From Candidatus Thorarchaeota archaeon (GTDB taxonomy: Archaea; Asgardarchaeota; Thorarchaeia; Thorarchaeales; Thorarchaeaceae): DNA of 52,216 bases. The notes beneath the pieces were generated by a model, which saw nothing but the letters and a program-made list of their open reading frames with translations, did no database searches and was not told where the DNA came from. Positions within the stretch are counted from its first letter, which is position 1, and each line of letters opens with the position of its first letter. Below are positions 20,559 to 32,500 of the stretch, in pieces. The DNA is taken from NCBI GenBank assembly GCA_048882485.1, contig JBHLRP010000019.1:1-52216 (forward strand), in the 5' to 3' direction. The position numbers and the translations under genes were made by a program.

Positions 20559-23500
20559 TGTCCACTTATTCTAGCGTCGCCTCTTCGAGAATTAGGAATC
20601 ACACAAGGCGTATGCCATTTAGGCTTGTTATGATAGGAATGCTGATCCTGCTCTGCTGTCCCATTCCTGGATTCTTGCCCGCTCAGAATGGAGATAGGTT
20701 CTCATCATCTCAAGAAAGAAACACGAGCGTATTGGCTTCTTCGGGAGTTCAATCCTATGGAGGAAGCGGGGCCTCCCAGAGTGTGACACTGAATGGGGCG
20801 GTTTCCAATGATTCTCAAGGTATTGTTTTACTTGACTCATCGGCACCAACTCCGGCAACAATAAGCGGACCTCAGGGGTGGACCGGTACCTCCTTGAGCG
20901 GATCGATTAGCCAAATCTCAACTTCATTCCAACCAATTAAGAATGGGCTTCTTGACACATACCACACAGAACGCACCATTAATTCCGGTTCACCATGGAA
21001 TGCAATGGAGTATAATGTCCCAGATGAGTGGAGCATTATTGAAGAAGGTGAATCGACCATTCATCCATACTATGGACGCCTTTACTTCCATAGCTATTCT
21101 GGTTCAGGTCGAGACGGATCAATGGGATGGAGATACACTGCAACCTTCGGAACTACAAATGCCATTGATCCAAGCATGAAGTTGTATCTGACCCAGCGTG
21201 TGCAATTGCCATACAGAGAACTCTATGGGGCGCAAATATCACTCTACTATTATGTGCGAAGCCAATCGACTTTGAACGACTACTTCTACCTGTTTGTCCG
21301 AATGGGCAATTATGTGGCTAAATTACATCTATTCGAGTCTGGAGACCCTACTGATCAGTGGCTCCAGTATTCGGTGCAAGTGCCAATGTCTGCCTTTGAT
21401 GCATATCCAATACCTGGAACATTGGATGTCGACATAGGCGTGGGGACTGACTACTCTGGAACACCATCTTCTACTGTTGATCATCAGTTGTATCTTGACG
21501 AGATCGATGTAGTGTTGCAGGCAAGACCCTTTCCGGAGCAGATTGGTCTGAGTGCGAATCAATCTATAATCACTGGTTCCATTCCTGGAAGTGTTTCCCC
21601 ATATGTTCCAGACGGGGCTTCAAGAGATTGCTTCAGTCGCTCTGACACTGGAATCAGCACTTCCAGTGCGTTAGAGGTTGGTGTTTGGAGTTCCAGCGGT
21701 ACATCTTGGAATGATGTCATCAAATATCAAATTGGAATCCAGTTCCCATTGGATATACCTCAAGGCGCGATTATTACTTCTGCGGCGTTGGAGGTAGAGG
21801 CATTGGGGTACTGGGGTGGAGGGAATAATTCACTTCGAGTTTTTGTTGCAGAGGAAGATAATGTCGCACCTTTCACAAATGGGCTACCCAATCTGGAGAA
21901 TAGGTACACTTGGAGTAATACAAGTGTCGCATGGATCCAAGATACTTGGGAGAACTTTTTCAGATATAGAACACCAGACATGTCATCGCTTGTACAAAGT
22001 GTGGTATCCCGTTCCGGTTGGAGTAATGGGAACTATATCTGCATCATGATTGACTACATGAACTCTGACCAGTACCGCGATTGGAACTCTATACGGGGCA
22101 CATGGGGCTATGGCGGCCTAGACTTGGCTACATTTTACGTCGACTTCCTAGTACCTCAAGAAGACGACACTATTTCCATCCTTGAATACAAGAAGGACCT
22201 GACGATTGACCACACAAAGGTGAGCTCAGACTTAGAGGACTTCCCGGTATTGGTGGACATCTATGACAGTGACCTCAAGACTGATGCTCGACCAGATGGG
22301 AAAGACATCAAGTTCGTAATTGGCTCACAAACACTAGACCATGAAATCGAACTATTCGACTCTAACCATAATTCAACACACGCACATCTTGTAGCTTGGG
22401 TGAGGGTTCCTTTGATGTCTTCCTCAACTGACACAACTGTCACAATGTCATACGGAGCTCCAGATGGAAGCATCCCAGAAAACCCACATAGGATTTGGGA
22501 CGACTACAACAGCGTTTGGCACCTCTCAGAACAGTCTGGCAATGGCTCGTTCTTAGAAGACTCAAGTCAGAATTACCACAACGGCATGCCTGTCCAGACA
22601 ACCTTTATGCAGAACGCGAAAATTGGTGCTGCCCGGTACTTCCAAGATGCGGCTGGCAATTACATCCCCTTCATCGATGGTGATAGTATTCTTGACGGCT
22701 GGACAAACTTCCAGTTTTCCTTCTGGATCTACTTCGATTACGCAAGTGATGCCGAATGGACCAGTGTAGAGCCCAGAATCTTTGAGAAAGGCACAAGCGT
22801 CACTCTATGTAGAACATTCAGGAACCCAACAGGGTGGCCAGCTGGCCAAGCCTCGTTCCAGCCCGACATGCATTTTGATGGCGGATACACCAGCTACCTG
22901 AATGTGTTAGTGAAACGTCAGACTTGGAACTACATTGTCTACAAGTATGAGAGCACAGGAGACGGAACATTACATGCCTACAGTTATGCAGACGGCACAC
23001 TTACAGACTCAAAAGCTAATTCAGGTATGGGAGCAGGAGCCAAGCTGAGAGATGATCTAAGCATATTCTCTCTTGGTCTATATGGAGGAGGCCAAGTTCA
23101 CCTTGGAGGAATTGACGAGTTTCGTACAATAATGGGTTACAAGTCAGCCGACTGGATACAGACTGAATATGCAAATCAGTACGACCCATCCAGCTTTTTC
23201 AGCGTCGGCTCCGAGCAAAGTGTGCAATATGGACAAAACGCAACGCTGTTCTTCACCACAGATTCCTCATCTGTCGTAAGTATCCTTCCAAGAATGACTC
23301 TTGGTATCACCACTCAGGAAACCTCTCTAGATGCAAGCATGATTCCAGGGACATCATTCTCTGTTGCCAATGGAACTGAAGCAACATGGACTGCGAATAT
23401 CTTGATTAATCCTCCACCAGGAGTCGCCAACATCAATCTGACTCTTGACAAGCTCTCAACTTGGACGCTCCAGAGTGTCACTGACTCCTTTGATAACATA

Positions 23501-26500
23501 CGGACATCCGAAGTGACGAGCACAGCGACGCAAGTCACGGTTCCATCATCTGTTATTGATGTCTATGGCGTCTGGAGCTTTGATTTTACTTCCGCAAATG
23601 AAGCCAGTAATCTTGAATGTGCTGTTGGAGCCGGTATATATGAAATGACAGCTGTCGTGCAGTCAGGTCAGACATTGGACTTCAGAGGTACAGCTTCGAT
23701 CATTCCCGGTTCATCAATGAGACTTGCACTTGTTGATCCAAATGACCAGGTCTTTTATTTGTCAGATGATTCTTCTCAGGATGGAAGTGGGCAGTTTGAA
23801 TGGCTAGCTATTGCGGTTGATGGAACCTGGCCACGTGGAACATGGATTGCGTATGTTGATTTCAATGACACAGCTGGGGCAGTCCCACTTTACGTTGGCA
23901 GATACAGTAGAGAGTTCATTGTGAAACATACCTCATCCTTAGAACTTCAGGCACCCGGCGATGCGGTTGGAAATCAATTGTCTGTGAAGACAGCTGGCGA
24001 TTTATTGCTAGTCGAAGTGCATCTAATGGACACTGACACCTCTGAAAGCATATCAGGTTCCACAATGATGATGAATTGGACCATTTCAGGTGCACCGACT
24101 CAGGTGCAGTTGGAGGACTATGGAGATGGCTCTTATGGCAAGGCTCTGAACACCTCAGATCTTGGCCTCCCAGGGATGTGGAGAATCAATATCCAGTCAA
24201 ATCATCCCTATCTTGCTGACACATCGACATTCTTTGATTTGGAGTTGTCGCATCCTACATACTTAGCATATGAAACTCCAGAACCCACCGCTTACACTGA
24301 TGATTTCGCCGTCAAAATAACTCTCTATGATGCTATAAACGGCGACCCATATCCATCTGCTACTATCACCTCGAACGGGACGCTAGTTGGTGTCCCAACT
24401 GACTATGGAAATGGTACGTACTTAGTCCAAATCGACTCTGCAGGTCTGGAATTGGGTGCATATGGGTTCCAGATTGATGCGGCTCCAAGTCAGAGTTTCG
24501 TTCTTGGAAGTAGTGTAGATGTTGTCTTTCTCTATAGAAAGATCAGCACAGAGCTTGTTCAGATAGGAATGACCCCAATCAGTGTTCCCTGGGGCCGGAC
24601 TATCAATACCACACTAGAGTGGCAGGACTCTGACCATGGAGGATTGGGAGTTTCTGGAGGAACACTGAGCGGCGATGCCACATTCCAATACACTGACCTA
24701 TTGGATGGGACTTATTCCATTGAGATTGACGTTAGTGGCTACTCGGTTGGCACTTACCTGTTCAATTTCTCCATAGCCAAGTCCTACTATGCTATGGATC
24801 AAATTACAATTGCAGTGAGCGTTGTTCCGCATAGGACATCCATAGTCGCGACCTACAACAGCTCCGTCGCAGTAGGTACTAACATCTCCATCAGTCTAGC
24901 CTTCTACGATTTAGATTCGGGTAGTGTAGTAATTCCAGGTAACTTCTCATCAGTTCAAGCACAGTGGAGTGGCGGTTTAGCTCCATTTGGCACAAAGGAC
25001 TTCTGGCTCCATACTGACGGATGGGCTCTTGGCTCCCACACTTTGAATCTGACTCTGTTTGCTACAAACACGCCAAGATTCTATTATGATGCAAACACAG
25101 CTATCATCATAGAGATAAGAAAGGCTACAACAGAGCTCGATTGGACGCCGATTGATAGCTTTCCAGTGGGTGACGATTTCGAAATCACGCTTTTCTTGAC
25201 TGTGAATGAGTTTCTATCAATGTATAATGGCGACCCAATTAATGGCCTTGATATTAGCTATTTTGATGCAAAAGATAAAGATGGCACTCCCTATACAATC
25301 AAGAATCTCGTGTTCATTGGCAACGGAGAGTATCTACTGTCAATTGATCAGGCGTTCTTCTCAGTCAATGCTTATACAATTCGGATCTTTGTGACATTTG
25401 GAGTAGCAGAAAACCACACCAGCACTCAAACTCCCATCATCAATTTCGTATACAACCAGGCACGGAGCGAACTGACTTCTCCTGACTATCCCACCACGAC
25501 TACATCGTATAGCACAGACGCTTCAATCACTCTTGAGTTCATAGACATAGATCGTGGGCAGGGAATTGATACTGCAACCGTTACGGTTGAAGGTGCCACT
25601 GAATTGAGTGAGAACTGGATAAGTAGTGGTAGGTACAGAGTTGTAATTGATACATCAAGCTGGAGCATAGGAGTCTACACTGTGAACTTTACAGTTTCAG
25701 CTTCTACCTATCAGAGTAAGACCATCTCGATAGATATTCAGGTGCGGCAAATCAAAACTTATGCCATTTCAACAGTAGGTTTCCTTGACATCCCAATTGG
25801 TGATTCAAGGATTTTCTATGTCGATTACATGGATTTGGACCACGACACCACAATAGGACCCGGGGATGGTGCGAGCGGCTCATGCAATTGGACAGTCAGC
25901 CACTATGACATAACATGGACTGGAACTCGCTGGAAGGTCACCATCACGACCTATGATACAGATAGTCTTGGGTCGTATCTTCTCATGTTTGATTTCTCTG
26001 CTGGCTCTGAGTATGAGGTAGCCTACTTCAACGTGTCATTAGTCATTCGCACAATTGATACTGAATTGCGACTGGTCACACCTGCAGCACCTACAACGGC
26101 AACAGGGCAGTTACAGATAACTGTCTATTATGGAGATCGTGACCACACAGCTGGCATTGTATCATCAGATGTATCCTGTACAGTGAGAAATAGCACTGGA
26201 CTGCTTGCTATTTCATGGACCAATGGCTCAACTGCTGGCTATTATGATATCACCATCGATGCTTCGCAGTTTGGGAGACTCGGAACTCAACAGTTGACAA
26301 TTATATTCAATTGGACTGGGAGTATACAGAAATATCAAGATAAGTTCATTCTTACCACAGCCGAAGTAGTGGGCGAAGAATCTGAACTCGTATTGATTGA
26401 TGCGACTCCAGCCACTCCGTGTCTCGGCTATATGGATTACACCTTCCTATACATGGATTCATCAGGATCAGGCATCACTAACGACACATTTGATGTGTTC

Positions 26501-29500
26501 ATATACGTAGAATTCAGTGGTGTGAGTGTTGGCCTTTATCAGATTGACATCTTGGAAGTTGATAATATAGCTAATCCGGGCTACTACTCCATTGGATTTA
26601 ATAATTCTATTCTAGGCAGCACTGGCTTATTCTCGATGAGCGTGTTCATTAATTGGTCACAAGGTGCTTGGCCTTACTACACAAACCGGACAGATGTTAT
26701 TTCTGTAAGAGTTCTCCCCAGAGATACTCTGCTCTCCATTGTACCGCCAACCAGTGTTCCGTTCGGTGAGAACGCGACGTTTACATTCACATATGAGGAC
26801 ATTACTGGTGGATCCTCAAGTACCATTGACCATGACGCTGCAATGACTATTGCATTAAGTCTAGCTGAATTCTCATTATCCTATGACTCTATCGAAGGCA
26901 TATTCACAATCTCCTTTAATACGAGTCAATTCGGACCACCTTTGGGTGAAAGGACATTCTCTCTCAATGTGACATGGTCAGGCATTCCATTCTTTGCCAA
27001 TAAGACCGGTCAAGTGATTTCTGTAACAGTGACAGATCGACAGACAGTATTGACATATCCAACACCACCATTAACCTCCTATGGTGACAATGTGACATTC
27101 ACAGTAGTCCTCACAGATGTCGCCGGAGCAGCTTCAAAGGGTGTTGAGTTTGCGAGTATTAGTTTCTTTGATGGCGTAATTGAGATACCCCAAAGCTATC
27201 TCAACGTCTTGGAACTTGGACAAGGAGAGTATCTGATTGAACTGAACACATCCTATTATACAAACCCTGGTAGCTTCATGTTGGACATAGTCGCGACACC
27301 TGGATCATTCTACTATCTAGTCAAGACTGGATCACGAATGCTCAGCATTGATCCTCGAACGACGATATTGGTTGCAGAACCGCCAGGTAGTGTCGCCTAC
27401 AATACGTCTCTGACCATTGCCGTTCAATATTTGGATCTTAACACTCTAGACTCAATTGCTAACGAAACCAGCCTCTATACGCATGTAGAGATTCTCAATG
27501 GATCCGGTTGGATATTCACATGCGTATGGCGTCCATCAACACAGGACTACATGCTAATCGTGGAAACATACAACCAAGCCCTAAATGTAGGAACTCCATA
27601 CCAACTTTGGCTAAACTTCAGCACTGAAGACAAGGCACCCTTTTACGAGTCGGTGGAGATCTTGGTACCATTCCAGCTCCGAAACAGATATACTACTCTG
27701 GATGTTATTGATACCGCTCCTCCAACTAGCTATTCAGACCTAGCGAATTTCACTGTTGAGTACAAGGATGCTCTCTCTCTGGCTGGCATTGCAGGTGGAA
27801 CGATAGTCCTCTATCATGGACTCAGTCTCCTAAATCAGGGTGTCGATTATCAGATATCGACTGTAGGGGTTGGCAGGTACAAGATTTCTGTAGACACCTC
27901 TGTCCTTGGCACTCCCGGTATCAAGATAATCACAGTAATAGCAGAATGGTCTGGTGGTGCACCCCATTACAGCGACGCCTCTAGAAATGTGACTGTCTCC
28001 GTCATCGAAAGGCAGACAAGCATTGAGATAACTGTCCCTCCCTCAGCTACACAGTACCTCAATAACATGACATTCGATTTCGTATTCATGGATGTCGCTA
28101 CAAGACTGTCAATCGGAATTGTTGGCAGTGATGTCAGGATATTCAGTGAGGGGATACAACTAGGGACGCAGGATTATAGTATTTCCATTGCAGGCAGTGG
28201 ACTGCGCATCAGTCTTAACTCAACCATCATTAGTGCCTCACTAGTCAACAATTGGAATATCACCGTTGTAGTGGTTTGGACTGGAGGGGCTCCCTATTAT
28301 CAGACTGATCAATCTACTGTTTATATAGATACAATTTCAAGATTGGGCAGTGTAGAATTGGATCAGGTTGTGGATACCCCACTTGGTGACGATATCACGT
28401 TGGGTCTAACATTCTCAGACCAAGCCAAAGGCATTGGCATCACAGGAGCTTCTATTGTCTTTTCTTGTGAGGAAGTCTCTGGACTTTTGGAAGGCATAGA
28501 TTATTGGATAACTGCAGGAGTAGGACCAGAAGCGGGCAAGTACACAATAGACGTGAGCAGTTCATCTCTCGGAGATTTGGGTCTTTATAACTTCGTTCTT
28601 GCAGTAAGATGGAATCCGTTAGTTTCTCCATACTACGGTAATGTCACTAATCTGCAGATGGAAGCCGTCGTCAGAGCAATCCAGGTTTCACTCTCGAGTG
28701 ATTTGCCTACACCCTCTGTTGCTGCTTTCTATCAAAACATCTCATTCACAGTTACCTTCACAGATATTGACCACTCAATAGGTATATCCGGCGCAGAAGG
28801 AGCAATCTCCTTGACATATGTGTCTACAGGGACTGAGCCATCTATATGGTCTATCTATGTAATTGCTCCTGGTGCCTACAATGTTTCTATCAATCTCGCT
28901 GATAACCTTGCCACAGGACTTCAGTATATCAAAATCAATATCACACTGTATCCCTATCAATCAATAGCAACCCAAACCGCTGTTAGTCTCCGCAACAGAG
29001 TCGGAGGAATATCTGCTGATGTTCCAGCAGCCAATTATGCTGGAGAGCCCACTTATGTTCTAGTTTACCTAGTTGATGACGATGCTGGAGGAGTCCCTCT
29101 CAGTGGAGCAACACTCATTCTTGGGTGGGGTGACTTTGCATCATTCATAGATCTTGGTGATGGAAGATACAATGTGACTCTATTTACTAGCAATTTGGGC
29201 TTTGGCTCGCAGCCTCTGACGATAGACGCCATTCTGACTCATTACTCAATCAGCTCGCTTTCATTAGACATTGAGCTATTTGCAGTTACTTCTGAATTGA
29301 TTGTGACGTGGAGTGGACCGAGACCCTATTCTCCACTAGAGATTTACTGGGGAGAGCCTATTACAATCTACGCAGCTTTCAATGACACTCTAAGAAATCA
29401 GTTGGTCGCATCTGCTACTGTCATCTACTCATGGACAGCTGGATCAGATGTCTTTGGGCTAACGGGTATGCCAGGCAATTACACAGCAATTGTGGATACA

Positions 29501-32500
29501 AGTCCTGGTAGCGCTTATGACATGGTTATTATCGGAATAGAGGGACAAGCACCTAATTATCTAAACGCCTCCGCTCAGGTGTCATTCCAGCTGCTACCAA
29601 GGCCGATGGATGTGATTCCCGAAGATAGTAGATATTTCTTCACGGTGGACTATGGAGGACAGGCATCAATAGTTGTGTACCTTGAGGATTCTGAATCTGG
29701 GAGCAAGGTGACGGACGCCAATGTTTCAGCTAGATGGACATTTGCTAACCTGACTCTGACAGAAGTGCCTGGACAACCAGGATATTACTCAATCAATATG
29801 CCCACCATTGGTGCAACGTTTGGCACCTATGAGATACATGTTTCTGCCTTCAAGGAAAACTATGCGAATGCAACTGTTACCATCAGCATGAGCGTGTCCC
29901 AGATTAATTTGGAGATGTGGCTTGACAGTGCCACTGCTGCATACGAATACACTCCAGTCTATTGGTCGGAGGTAGTCAGAATTGGAGTTTACGTGCTAAC
30001 ACCTGCATTGAATTCTTCAAATCCCTATGCGACTGGACATTCTAATTGCACAGTAAGATGGTTCTCACCGGAGCTAGGGTTGAATGGAACTCTCTTGAAT
30101 GGTTCAATTATTGGAGGACCAGGATACTACTACTTCTTCTTCAACACTAGTGATAGCACAGCTTCGGTTCATAATTTTGTCATATCCGCAGAACCGCCTA
30201 ATGACGACTATACAGATGCTGAGAATTCAACAACCATCCTTGTAGAGAATCTCCCTACTGTCATTCAGTCACCGGGCTCCCCAGAAGTCGTATGGGGTTG
30301 GACAGGGTACATAAACTTCACCTACTTCAACACATACCACAGTGTGGGAATAGATGCGAATGTAGCTTCATATCAGTGGGCGGGAGGCTCTGGGGTACCA
30401 TATGACTTTGGCAATGGCGTCTATGGAGTTCCTTTGAACACCAGTACAGTTAGGCCAGGGACATATCGAATCACAGTAGGCTTCCAGAAGATTAACTATA
30501 ACGACCAACAGCTCACAATCGCATTAAGCATAGCCCCAGTGCCTACAGAAATAGTGGTCAACCTACCTGATGAATATCGGATAGGAAACACTTGGGAGCA
30601 ACTTCAGGTGCCTTATGGAGATGTCCTTAATGTTGTTCTCGTCTTCAACAACACTTGGGATTCACGTGGAGTATCCGGTGCTATATTCAATGAATCGGTT
30701 TATTCAGGACCTGGCTTCTTCGAGGAGCCCCTAAATCTAATAGCTGGAGAGGGTGGGAACTACTCCTTCGTGTTTGACACATCTCAGGGGACGCTATATT
30801 GGGAGTTCGAATTCAGCATTCGCTTCTCTTTGGAGAACTATTCAACAGCAGCCCTTACATTTGTAGTCACAATCGTTGAAATTCCAACAACAGCAGAGGT
30901 CTTAGGTCCATCAATATTCTCGCTTTCATACAGCAATGAAACAACATTCTGGATCCAATATTCTGACAATTGGCCTGGACATGGCGGCGAGGGAATCCCC
31001 GGTGCAACTGCCACCATCGAAATCACTAGTGAAAATCCTAATTTGGCGACAATTGAGTTCAGCGGGGAAGATGCAGCTAATCCTGGAATGTATCAATTCA
31101 AAGTAGTCAGCGGTGCGACACCTGGTGTCATCTATGTCACAATACACTTCAATAAGTCGAATTATGTATCAAACAATGTTGATTTGACAATCTCTATCAG
31201 TCCGTCTGATGCAGACATCATGATGCAGACAGCTATGACAGTAGGAAGTATATTCACACTCATCATCCTCCTCAGCGCCATTGTGTGGGTACGAGTTATC
31301 AGAGTACCAAAGATTATTCGTACGCTGAGTGCTCAAATCAGAAGTCTGCGAAGAAGACGAGTCCCGAAGCCAGCAGGAGAAGTATTGAGCAGACAAGAGC
31401 TAATAGCACAGTTATTCAGAGAGCTCACTGAAGACTTGAAAATCGACAAGAAGGCAGAGATGATACCGCCCGAATCGGTGACTGTCGATGTCCCTGAGAT
31501 TGAGCAGCTTCTCCTAGACTTGGCCATTTTGACAGACATGACTCCGGAGGAAATTGATGACTTCCGACGAGATCTCTCCAAGATGAAGCTGAGTCAGCAG
31601 ACCAACTTCATTACCGAGGTCATAAAGCAGGAAGTTCCTCGAGTTGCCCAAGCAGAAGAGAAGTCATTTGAGCAGGTGCTGGAAGATGTTCGGTTGGAGC
31701 GACAGAGGAGAATCGGTGGTGAAGCGGCACCGACAGTGCTTCCAGGCTTTGATATTGAAGCTGAAGAAGCAGCTCTCTTTGCTCCAATTGAGAAGCCCAC
31801 TGTGGACGAAGATCATCTCAGTGAGAAGGAATTGCAGGAGATGAAAACAGGCCTTCTTGAAAGAGGGCTTCCAATGCATGAGGTTGATGCTGTGATTGGA
31901 CAGGCCAGGAGCCTGCCCAAGGATGTGGCTGAGATGCTTCTCAAGAGCTTTGGTTCAGCTGTTGACATGCATGAAACTGAAGTAGATACGGCAAAGCTCA
32001 GCGATATGGAGATCGAGATGCTCAGACAGCAGCTAGCAGATGAAGGTGCCAGTGTAAAGGAAATTGATAAGATTCTAGAACAGGCACGAGAAGTCCCAAG
32101 AGCACTAGCAATGGAGCTACTTAAGGGATTCAGACATGAGCAGGAAACTAGGAGAGCAAAGAAGAAGAAGAAAGAGCCCGTTGAAACCATGTCTGAGGAT
32201 GATCTTGTTGCCTTAAGAGGCCGTCTTTTCATCAAAGGCACTCCTGAGCATGAGATAGATGCAATAATTGAGCAGGCAAAGACTGTGCCCAAAGAAATGG
32301 CTGCTGATTTCATCAGACAGGTTGAGGAAACATCTCCAGTTTCAGTTGCAGAGGAAATCGAGTTCGAGGACACCCTTGGCGAGATGGAAATAGAAGATTT
32401 GCGCAACGAACTCAAGAAGAGAAAGATTCCAGCAGTAGAGATTGAGGCGATAGTCGCACAGGCAAAGAACCTGCCTAAAGCTCTTGTGCAAGATCTTCTT

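Noticed and set aside
20555-20670. Possible Tat motif (TRRMPF) or lipobox (LLCC) in the N-terminus of protein B
   Set aside because: Poor match to S/T-R-R-x-F-L-K. A ~4000-aa, C-terminally anchored, sequon-rich protein fits Sec export better.
1055-31879. Many 60-134 aa alternative-frame or antisense ORFs inside the two giant genes
   Set aside because: They are fully nested in long ORFs with coherent domains, and several recur only because the host repeats recur.
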